Positions 54,697 through 64,000 of a stretch of DNA of 64,000 nt are shown here, piece after piece. The translations under genes were made by a program, and so were the position numbers. Position 1 is the stretch's first letter, and each line of letters opens with the position of its first letter. The notes under the pieces are model-generated. The model saw only the letters and a program-made list of their open reading frames with translations, had not been told where the DNA came from and did not search any database. Source of the DNA: Acidimicrobiaceae bacterium (GTDB lineage: Bacteria > Actinomycetota > Acidimicrobiia > Acidimicrobiales > Aldehydirespiratoraceae); NCBI GenBank assembly GCA_009837445.1, contig VXTM01000039.1:6408-70407 (forward strand), read 5' to 3'.

Positions 54697-55743
54697 ATGA
54701 GTACAGGGACCATGCAATCGGGGCTCGGGTGGGTCATCGGTCGCGACATGGCTCTGGACCTCGGCACCGCTAACACGGTCGTGTACGTGCGGGGCGAGGG
54801 GATCGTGCTCAACGAGCCCTCAGTGGTCGCCGTGAACACCCGCACCCGCAAGGTCCTTGCGGTGGGCTCCGAGGCCAAGAGCATGCTCGGGCGGACGCCG
54901 TCGCACATACAGGCCGTGCGGCCGCTCAAGGACGGTGTCATCGCCGACTTCGACATGTGCCAGGAGATGCTCCGCTTCTTCGTGGAGCGCGTCCATCAGC
55001 GGCGCTGGACCAAGCCGCGCATGGTCATCGCTGTTCCGTCGGGAATAACCGGCGTGGAGCAGCGAGCCGTGCAGGAGGCGGCCGAGTCGGCCGGCGCCCG
55101 CCGGCCGACCCACATCATCGAGGAGCCGATGGCGGCTGCGATCGGCACCGGCATGAAGGTGTGGGAGCCGACCGGGAACATGGTCGTGGACATCGGTGGC
55201 GGTACCACCGAGGTGGCCGTCATCTCGCTCGGCGGGATCGTGTCCAGCGAGTCCATCCGCGTGGGAGGCGACGAGTTCGACGACGCGATCGTTCAGTTCG
55301 TCAAGAAGGAGCACTCCCTGCTGATCGGGGAGCGAACCACCGAGGAGATAAAGATCGTGCTCGGCTCGGCCCATCCCCTGCCGCGTGAGGCTCGGGCCGA
55401 GATCCGGGGCCGGGATCTCGTGAGCGGCCTGCCCCGGGTGGTGTCGATCACCACCGAGGACATCCGTGAGGGCTTGGAGGAGTCGGTCGTCGCCATCTGC
55501 GACGCGGTGAGGGGCACGCTCGATCGCACCCCGCCGGAACTGGCCGCCGACATCATGGAGTCGGGCATCATGCTCGCGGGCGGGGGCGCCCTGCTGAGGA
55601 ATCTGGACCAGCGGATGGCCAACGAGACCGGCATGCCGATCACGGTCGCAGTCGATCCGCTCCACGCCGTGGTGAGGGGCTGTGGTCACGTGCTCGAGAA
55701 CCTGGACCAGCTGACGGGCGATACCACCGCGAGCGACCTGTAG
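54697..55743 (+). CDS. mreB: Rod shape-determining protein MreB
   Basis: DLGTANTVVYV, VVDIGGGTTEVAV, and the actin-fold phosphate and adenosine motifs. The start is uncertain (54664, 54697 or 54712). Confidence 0.9.
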   Translation: MSTGTMQSGLGWVIGRDMALDLGTANTVVYVRGEGIVLNEPSVVAVNTRTRKVLAVGSEAKSMLGRTPSHIQAVRPLKDGVIADFDMCQEMLRFFVERVHQRRWTKPRMVIAVPSGITGVEQRAVQEAAESAGARRPTHIIEEPMAAAIGTGMKVWEPTGNMVVDIGGGTTEVAVISLGGIVSSESIRVGGDEFDDAIVQFVKKEHSLLIGERTTEEIKIVLGSAHPLPREARAEIRGRDLVSGLPRVVSITTEDIREGLEESVVAICDAVRGTLDRTPPELAADIMESGIMLAGGGALLRNLDQRMANETGMPITVAVDPLHAVVRGCGHVLENLDQLTGDTTASDL

Positions 55744-55752
55744 CGCCGGGCC

Positions 55753-56649
55753 ATGGCTGTGGCCCAGCGAAGCGGGCGGTCCCGCTACCGCTTGATCCTG
55801 CTAATCCTCACGGCGGTCACGCTGCTGACCCTCGACTTCCGCGGCTATGGACCCTTGGAGACGGCGCAGAGCCGCGTGCGCGACATTCTTGAGCCGGTTG
55901 TCTCCGCTGTCGACGTCGTGCTCGGGCCCGTGGCGGAGGTGTGGACGGTCATGTTCTCATACAACGACCTCCGCTCCGAGAACGAGCAGCTCAGAGCCGA
56001 GATCGACAGTCTGCGCAGCGCCGACCTGCGAGCCGCGGCTCAGCAGGACACCCTCGACCGGCTCTTGGAGGCCACCGGGGTGACATACGTGGACGACATC
56101 GAGCAGATCACCGCGTCGGTCCTGCGCGACTCGGTGGGCAACTTCGATGACGACGTCGTGTCGATCGATGTGGGACATCGCGACGGTGTGGCTCCGGGCA
56201 TGGCGGTGGTCACCGCGGCCGGGCTCGTCGGAAGGGTCGAAACGGTCGACACCTCGCGCAGCACGGTAACCATGATCAGCAACCCGAACCTGGTGATCGG
56301 GGTGCGCCTGATCGAAACCGGTGACGTGGGCCTCGGTCACGGCATGGCCGGGGAGCCGACCAAGTTCGTGGTGGACACCGGGCTGCGCTGGCCCGAGACC
56401 GGGGACCTCTCGGAGCTTCCCGGGATCGGGAGCGCGGTGGTAACCGCGGCGGGCAGCCGCTACCCGGCCAACATTCCGGTGGGGCGGGTGGCGTCGGTCG
56501 AGCCGGCCGAAGCGGGCCTGGTGCAGTTGGTCACCGTCGATCTCGCCGCCGATGTCGATGATCTCGGCTATGTCACCGTGCTGTCGCAAGTCCCGGTCGA
56601 CGAGGCGCCGGTCGGACCGGACTCGCCATTCCCGGAGCAGTCGCCATGA
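55753..56649 (+). CDS. mreC: Rod shape-determining protein MreC
   Basis: N-terminal TM, a coiled-coil (NDLRSENEQLRAEIDSLR) and beta-barrel domains. Positioned after mreB. Confidence 0.85.
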   Translation: MAVAQRSGRSRYRLILLILTAVTLLTLDFRGYGPLETAQSRVRDILEPVVSAVDVVLGPVAEVWTVMFSYNDLRSENEQLRAEIDSLRSADLRAAAQQDTLDRLLEATGVTYVDDIEQITASVLRDSVGNFDDDVVSIDVGHRDGVAPGMAVVTAAGLVGRVETVDTSRSTVTMISNPNLVIGVRLIETGDVGLGHGMAGEPTKFVVDTGLRWPETGDLSELPGIGSAVVTAAGSRYPANIPVGRVASVEPAEAGLVQLVTVDLAADVDDLGYVTVLSQVPVDEAPVGPDSPFPEQSP

Positions 56650-57251
56650 CCGCGCCCCAGCTGGCCTCAACACCGGTGCGCCGGGGACTCTCGTCGCTGC
56701 GCTCCAGCGTGTTGATGGCCACCCTGCGGATCATCGTGGTGTACATGGCCGCACTGCTGTTGCAGTTGACGATCTTCGTGGACGTTCGAGTGGTCGGGGT
56801 GGCTCCCGAGCTGCCGGCCCTAATCGCCGTCCTGGCGGGGCTCTTGGTCGGCGCCCAGGCGGGCTCGTTCATTGCTTTCGGGGCCGGTCTGATGTGGGAC
56901 GTCTACCTGCCTACTCCTCTCGGGCTGGCCGCGGTGTCGTTCGCCCTGGTCGCCTTCGGGTTGGGCAGCATCACTGAAGAGCTGTTCCACGACACCCGCA
57001 TCCAGACGGGACTGCTCGTCTTCGCGGGCACGGCGGCCTCGGTGGCCGTCTACGCGGTGCTTGGCGAGGTGGTTGGCCAGCGCGGCCTGGTCGACGATGA
57101 TCTGCTCAAGATCGTGCTCGTATCGTCTGCGTTCAACGCGTTGCTGTCGCTGGTGGTGGCTCCGGCGATGCGTTGGGCTGCGTGGGGCGGCCGCTCCCGG
57201 GACCCGTCCGCCGACTCGCCGCGTGCCGAAGCCCGGATCGGACGCCGATGA
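56646..57251 (+). CDS. mreD: Rod shape-determining protein MreD
   Basis: Polytopic small membrane protein between mreC and pbp2, with start and stop overlaps on both sides. Confidence 0.75.
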   Translation: MTAPQLASTPVRRGLSSLRSSVLMATLRIIVVYMAALLLQLTIFVDVRVVGVAPELPALIAVLAGLLVGAQAGSFIAFGAGLMWDVYLPTPLGLAAVSFALVAFGLGSITEELFHDTRIQTGLLVFAGTAASVAVYAVLGEVVGQRGLVDDDLLKIVLVSSAFNALLSLVVAPAMRWAAWGGRSRDPSADSPRAEARIGRR

Positions 57252-59539
57252 CCGACAACGGCGCCGAGGTATTCGAGCGCCAGAGTTTCCGGCTGTACGT
57301 CGTCGGCATTGTGGCCGTCTGCTTGGTGGCTGCCCTGGTGGCGCGGCTGTGGTACCTGCAGGTGCTCGAGCACGAAGAGCTGCAGACGGCCGCCTCCGCC
57401 AACATCCTGAGAGTGGTGTACACCGAGGCGCCGCGGGGCCGGATCTTCGATGCCAAGGGACGGATCCTGGTGGACAACAAGGTGGTCCAGGTGGTGACCG
57501 TCGACCGCCTGGCGTTCAGGGCCGCGCTCGACGAGTCCGAGCAACGCGGCGTGCTCCTCGAATTGGCCCAGATCGTCAGCCGCTCCGGCCGCCTTACGAA
57601 GGTCCGCCACATCACCGAACGGCTCGCGAGCCGCGAATACGGGCCGTTCGACCGGGTTCCGGTGGCGGTCGACATCGACCCCGACCTGCTGCTGTACCTC
57701 GGCGAGCGTCCCGACCTGTTCCCGGGGGTGTCCGTCGAGGAGCGAACGGTTCGGAGCTATCCCTACGGCGAGCTGGCCGCGCACCTGCTCGGCTACGTCG
57801 GGCCGCTGACCGAGTCGGAGTACCGGTCGGTGAGCGCGCAGTACGACCCGACCGATCCGAGCGCGAAGACGTACCAACCCGGCGACGAGATCGGGAAGTC
57901 CGGTGTGGAGCGCATCTTCGAGAGCGAGCTGCGGGGAGTCCCCGGTGTGCGCGTCTTCGAGGTGAACCGGCTGGACGAGATCGTCAAGGTCCACCACGAC
58001 AAGGCCCGCCAACCGCTGCCGGGCAATGACGTGCACCTGACCGTCGACCTCGACGTCCAGAGCCTCGTCGAGCGCCAGCTGCGCCGGGGACTCGACGAGG
58101 CCCGGGACCAGCCCCGGCCCGAGGATCCCGACGCTCCCCGGTTCGTGGCTTCGGCCGGCGCGGCGGTGGCCCTCGACCCTCGTGACGGCTCGATCCTGGC
58201 CATGGCGTCGTTCCCCACCTACGACCCGAGGGAGTTCGTGGACGGGATTTCGCAGCGGCTGTTCAACGACCTGACCGCGGAGGAGAACTACTCGCCGATC
58301 CTCAACCGCGCCATCCAGGGCCTCTACGCGCCGGGCTCAACCTTCAAGGTGGTCACCGCCTACGCGGCTCTCACTCAGGGAGTGATAGCCGACAGCAGCA
58401 CCGCGCTCACCGGCGTCGACGAGTTCTACCGGGACACCGGCACCTACCGCTACCCGTTCTGCCTGGAGGAGTCCGACACGTGCCTGTTCGAGAGCCCCTA
58501 CTGCTGCGAGCGCGGCGTCGACCTGCGAGACGCCATCACCGTGTCGAGCGACACGTACTTCTACCGGGTCGGGGGTGAGGGCTTCTTCCAGCGGCGCTCG
58601 CCCCTCGACGAGGGCATTCAAGAGACCGCCGAGGCCTTCGGCCTCGGATCCCACACCGGCGTCCCGCTGCCCCACGAGCGGTCCGGGGTCGTTCCCGACC
58701 GGGAGTACTACGACTACCAGTTCGAGCAGGGCGTCTTCCTGCGCGGCGGTGACCAGTGGTTCGCGGGCGACACCATCAACCTGGCCATCGGCCAGGGCAA
58801 CCTGTTGGCCACGCCGCTGCAGATGGCCAACCTCTACGCAGTGATGGCCAGCGAGGGGAAGCTCCACCAGCCCAACATCGCCACCAGGATCACCGACCGC
58901 AACGGCAGCGTGCTGGAGGAGTTCGGTCCGCGGCTCGTCCGTGAGCTCGACTGGCATACCGCGCTGTCCGGGCCGCTGCTCGACGGGCTGAACGGCGTGA
59001 CCGCGCTCAACATCCCCAGCGCCACCGGCGGCGATGCGCTGCTGCGGGGGACCGCCTACGAGGCCTTCAACCTTCCCGCCGAGGGAGGCGTCGATTTCCC
59101 GCTGAGCGCGTGGCCGGTAGCGGGCAAGACCGGCACGGCTGAGAAGCAGGGCAAGGCCGACTTCGCCTGGTTCGCGGCGTTCGGACCGGCACCTTGGCCC
59201 GAGCGCGGCTTCGACTACAACCCCGAAGTGGTCGTCACGATGGTGTTGGAGGAGGCCGGCTTCGGCGGCGACGTGGCCGCTCCGGCGGTGGCTCGCATCC
59301 TCCTCCCGATCGCTACCGGCACGGTGGAGCGGGCCCGCACCGCCAAGGAAGTGGACGCCTGCTACGGCGAGGTCAAGCTGCTGGTGGCGTTCCTTGAGGG
59401 GATCCGCACCGGCGAGATCAAGGTCGACGCCGACGGCGTGCCCATCTCCGAGGAACGGCCCGTGCTGTCCCAGGAGTGCGCCGAGTTGGTGGGCGGCGAG
59501 ATTGCGGTGGAGCAGCGAGGACTGGACGCCCTGCTGTGA
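57248..59539 (+). CDS. mrdA: Penicillin-binding protein 2 (elongasome transpeptidase)
   Basis: N-terminal TM, GSTFK (SxxK), SSD, and KTGTAE. The start was taken at the ATG at 57248 (MTDNGAEV). Confidence 0.9.
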   Translation: MTDNGAEVFERQSFRLYVVGIVAVCLVAALVARLWYLQVLEHEELQTAASANILRVVYTEAPRGRIFDAKGRILVDNKVVQVVTVDRLAFRAALDESEQRGVLLELAQIVSRSGRLTKVRHITERLASREYGPFDRVPVAVDIDPDLLLYLGERPDLFPGVSVEERTVRSYPYGELAAHLLGYVGPLTESEYRSVSAQYDPTDPSAKTYQPGDEIGKSGVERIFESELRGVPGVRVFEVNRLDEIVKVHHDKARQPLPGNDVHLTVDLDVQSLVERQLRRGLDEARDQPRPEDPDAPRFVASAGAAVALDPRDGSILAMASFPTYDPREFVDGISQRLFNDLTAEENYSPILNRAIQGLYAPGSTFKVVTAYAALTQGVIADSSTALTGVDEFYRDTGTYRYPFCLEESDTCLFESPYCCERGVDLRDAITVSSDTYFYRVGGEGFFQRRSPLDEGIQETAEAFGLGSHTGVPLPHERSGVVPDREYYDYQFEQGVFLRGGDQWFAGDTINLAIGQGNLLATPLQMANLYAVMASEGKLHQPNIATRITDRNGSVLEEFGPRLVRELDWHTALSGPLLDGLNGVTALNIPSATGGDALLRGTAYEAFNLPAEGGVDFPLSAWPVAGKTGTAEKQGKADFAWFAAFGPAPWPERGFDYNPEVVVTMVLEEAGFGGDVAAPAVARILLPIATGTVERARTAKEVDACYGEVKLLVAFLEGIRTGEIKVDADGVPISEERPVLSQECAELVGGEIAVEQRGLDALL

Positions 59540-60726
59540 CCGTCCTCGCGCCCCCGCCCGAGACCGAGAACCTCGAGCGCGAGAAGGAGCCGTGGTGGCT
59601 GCTGGTCGACCCGTTCCTGATCCTCTCGGCGCTGGCCATCGCGGCGATGGGCTCGGTTCTCGTGTACTCGGCCACCAGAGGCGTGGTGGACGACTTCACC
59701 GAGCCCAACAATGCCTTCCTCAAGCGGCAGATCCTGTTCATCACCGTCGGAGTGGTGGTGGGCGCCATCGCGGCCTTCTTCCCTCCCAGGTACATGAGAA
59801 GGCTCTACCCGCTCGCCTTCGCGGCGATGATGGGCGCCCTGTGGCTGGTGCTGCAGATCGGCGTGGAAGTGAGCGGCACCCGGGGCTGGTTCTCCCTCGG
59901 GACGTTCAGGATGCAGCCGTCGGAGCCCGGGAAGCTGGTGGTGATAGTGGGGCTGGCGCTGCTGCTGTCGACGCGCGCCGCCGGTGGTGCCGGCCTGACC
60001 CGGTTGGGGCTCGCCCTGGTGCTCGCCGCCGCGCCGATCGGTCTGCTGATGCTCCAGCCCGACCTCGGAACCATGCTGGTCTATCTCGTCATCGCCCTCG
60101 TGACGGTGGTCGCGAGCGGAATCAAGCTCCGCTGGATCGCGTTGCTGGCGATCGTCGCCGCGGTGGGGGTCGTCGGCGTGCTGCGTTCCGACGCGCTGGC
60201 CGACTACCAGGAGGCCCGCCTGCGCGTGTACCTGTTCGCGCCGTCGGAGACGAACGATGAGGCGGCCACCTACGCCTTCAACGTCGAGCAGGCGCAGATA
60301 GCCATCGGCAACGGGGGACTGCGGGGGCAGGGACTGTTCGAGGGGACCCAGACCAGGTCCGACCTGGTGCCCGAGCAGCAGACCGACTTCATATTCACTG
60401 TGGCGGGCGAGGAGCTCGGCCTGCGGGGCGCCTCGCTGCTGCTCGGCCTGTACGCGGTCCTGCTGTTCCGCATCTGGAGGACGGCCCAGATCGCGGCCAC
60501 GCCGTTCGAGCGGCTCCTATGCACCGGAGTATTCACCATGTTCCTGTTCCAGATGTTCCAGTCGGTCGGCATGACCATGGGAATGATGCCGGTCACCGGC
60601 ATTCCCCTGCCGCTGGTGAGTTACGGCGGATCCTCGATGCTCACCTCGATGGCCGCGCTGGGGCTGGTCGCGGGCGTCTACCGCCGCCGCCTCGACATCG
60701 AAGGGATGCTCAACCAGCAGATGTAG
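59536..60726 (+). CDS. rodA: Rod shape-determining protein RodA (SEDS family)
   Basis: FtsW/RodA/SpoVE-type polytopic protein (QPSEPGKL, TDFIFTVAGEELG, PLPLVSYGGSSML). The GTG at 59536 overlaps the pbp2 stop. Confidence 0.9.
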   Translation: MTVLAPPPETENLEREKEPWWLLVDPFLILSALAIAAMGSVLVYSATRGVVDDFTEPNNAFLKRQILFITVGVVVGAIAAFFPPRYMRRLYPLAFAAMMGALWLVLQIGVEVSGTRGWFSLGTFRMQPSEPGKLVVIVGLALLLSTRAAGGAGLTRLGLALVLAAAPIGLLMLQPDLGTMLVYLVIALVTVVASGIKLRWIALLAIVAAVGVVGVLRSDALADYQEARLRVYLFAPSETNDEAATYAFNVEQAQIAIGNGGLRGQGLFEGTQTRSDLVPEQQTDFIFTVAGEELGLRGASLLLGLYAVLLFRIWRTAQIAATPFERLLCTGVFTMFLFQMFQSVGMTMGMMPVTGIPLPLVSYGGSSMLTSMAALGLVAGVYRRRLDIEGMLNQQM

Positions 60727-60735
60727 GCTGGCCTA

Positions 60736-62684
<1,949 letters not shown>

Positions 62685-62688
<4 letters not shown>

Positions 62689-63410
62689 CGTCTTCGAGGG
62701 TGAGGATCCGCTTCTCGAAGCATGGCAAGGTCCGCTTCACATCCCACAGGGACGTGGCCCGGATCTGGGAGCGGGCGCTGCGGCGCGCCAGCGTGGGTGT
62801 GGCCTACTCGGCCGGGTTCAATCCCCGGCCCAAGATCGCGTTCGGGCTGGCCCTGTCCACCGGATACTCCTCCGACGCCGAGTACCTCGACGTCGAGCTG
62901 GATCCGGACTCCGAAGCTGGCATCGACACCGAGAACCTCGTCGCAGCGCTGACCGCGTCGCTGCCGGCGGGAATGACAGCGCTGGCCGCGGCCGGCCTCG
63001 CCGGTGGCGAGCCGTCGCTCCAGCACGCGGTAACGAGCTGTACTTGGAGGATCGACGCGGCCGGCGCCGGCGCCATGGAGGCGTCGGAGGCGCTGGAGCG
63101 GGCCTTGGCCCGCAGCGAGCTGCTCGTGCAACGCGAGCGCAAGGGGCGGCTGGACACCGATGACATCCGGCCCGCCGTGCTGGCCGCCGAAGTGCAGGGG
63201 GATATCACAGACGGTGTGAGGCTCATCGCCGAGCTGGGCACGAAGCCGCGGGCGGTGCGCCCGCCGGAGCTGCTCGCGAGCCTCGACCCGCCGCTCAGCA
63301 TCTTGCGGGCCCACCGTCTTCACCAATGGATCGCAACCGACGGGCTCCAGCGCCGCGAACCGCTGGCAGTCGCCGAGCTGTCGGTCGCAGGAGCAGGAGT
63401 CGCGCCATGA
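62685..63410 (+). CDS. Radical-SAM-associated protein (TIGR03936/DUF2344-type)
   Basis: VRIRFSKHGKVRFTSHRDVARIWERALRRA...GFNPRPKIAFGLALSTG. The GTG at 62685 overlaps the upstream stop. Confidence 0.8.
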
Positions 63411-63440
63411 CGCGCCTGCTCACGTACTCGAAGGAACACA

Positions 63441-64000
63441 ATGAGCAACGAACGAAACTCGGCGGGCGCGCCCAGCGCCGCCGAGAAGGAAGCGCGGAAA
63501 CCTAAGCCGGAGGCGAGGAAGCAGTCCGCAAAGCAAGCCCAGGCCTCGAAGCCTCCCGCAGGCAGGCAGGCCGACCCGGCCCGAGATTCGAGCGGGCGAC
63601 CCAGCAACCAGCGCCGCCCGGATCAGCCGCCGGCACGAAAGCCCCAGATCGGTGACACCCGCCCTGCCCCAGCGCCGGTGGACGCCGGCGGGCGGCGAAG
63701 CGATGGACGGGCGGGTGAGGGAGGCTCCGCGACCGGCGGGCGTCGAAGGAGGCGCCGGCGCGGGGGCGGGAACCGGTCCGGTCAGAAGTCCCGCCAGCCC
63801 GCGGTGGTGGAGGCCGTCACCTACGACGAGCCGGTGGAGCTCGACGAGAAGAGCCTCAAGGGGCGCAGGGGCCGCACCCGCAAGGGCCAGGCTCTCGGCC
63901 GGTATCTGATGTGCGTCCACGTCAGCAAGCAGGCCACCCAGATCGCCGTGCTCGAAGGCAGGCGCCTCATCGAGTTCAGGGTCTCCCGCCCGGCCGACGA
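63441..64000 (+). CDS. rne: Ribonuclease E/G-family protein, 5' part only (runs off the window)
   Basis: I translated this manually from the ATG at 63441. An Arg/Pro/Lys-rich N-terminal extension is followed by GRYLMCVHVSKQATQIAVLEGRRLIEF (the start of the S1/RNase E catalytic core). The frame is open to nt 64000. Confidence 0.75.
   Translation, partial: MSNERNSAGAPSAAEKEARKPKPEARKQSAKQAQASKPPAGRQADPARDSSGRPSNQRRPDQPPARKPQIGDTRPAPAPVDAGGRRSDGRAGEGGSATGGRRRRRRRGGGNRSGQKSRQPAVVEAVTYDEPVELDEKSLKGRRGRTRKGQALGRYLMCVHVSKQATQIAVLEGRRLIEFRVSRPAD

Overview
High-GC chromosomal segment. Gene content and order look actinobacterial: the run tig-clpP-clpX-folC-ndk-mreBCD-pbp2-rodA-radical SAM pair-rne matches the arrangement I recall from Streptomyces-type genomes. 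This taxonomic call comes from memory of synteny, not from a search. The window has two parts. (1) nt 1-~10.4 kb is an accessory, visibly lower-GC island. It ends in a P4-type tyrosine integrase (9122-10273, minus). It carries a tightly coupled four-gene minus-strand operon that runs off the left edge: a two-domain unknown protein, a PLD(HKD)-SF2 helicase fusion, a 66-aa acidic protein, and a DndD/Rad50-like ATPase with a CxxC hook. Transcribed divergently from it are a 938-aa DUF4365-type nuclease fused to helical (TPR/HEAT-like) repeats and an orphan 207-aa PIN-domain protein. I regard this as the candidate novel (defence-like) system. I cannot place the combination in any described system from memory. 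(2) nt ~10.5-64 kb is ordinary core genome: fpg, ferrochelatase, dxs, tldD/pmbA, uppP, plsY, moeA-moaA-moaC, amt, fabH-like, tlyA-nadK-recN-pyrG-nudix-xerD, trpS, scpAB-rluB-tyrA-aroA-cmk-plsC, ispH, tig-clpPX, folC, ndk, mreBCD-pbp2-rodA, a radical-SAM pair and the 5' end of rne, plus tRNA-Ala(CGC) and tRNA-Gly(UCC). Non-coding signals in the core are: a dispersed palindromic element (GGAATTGGCAGC...GCTGCCAATTCC, 3 copies), a cluster of DnaA-box-like 9-mers at the ferrochelatase 5' end, a 3x13-bp tandem repeat upstream of mreB, and an AT-rich tract plus a 12-bp palindrome upstream of a small excisionase/BldC-like HTH gene. Many long ORFs in the supplied track are antisense or out-of-frame high-GC artefacts (Arg/Pro/Ala/Gly-rich) and were rejected. 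All functional calls rest on motifs read in the translations and on remembered family signatures. No database search was run.
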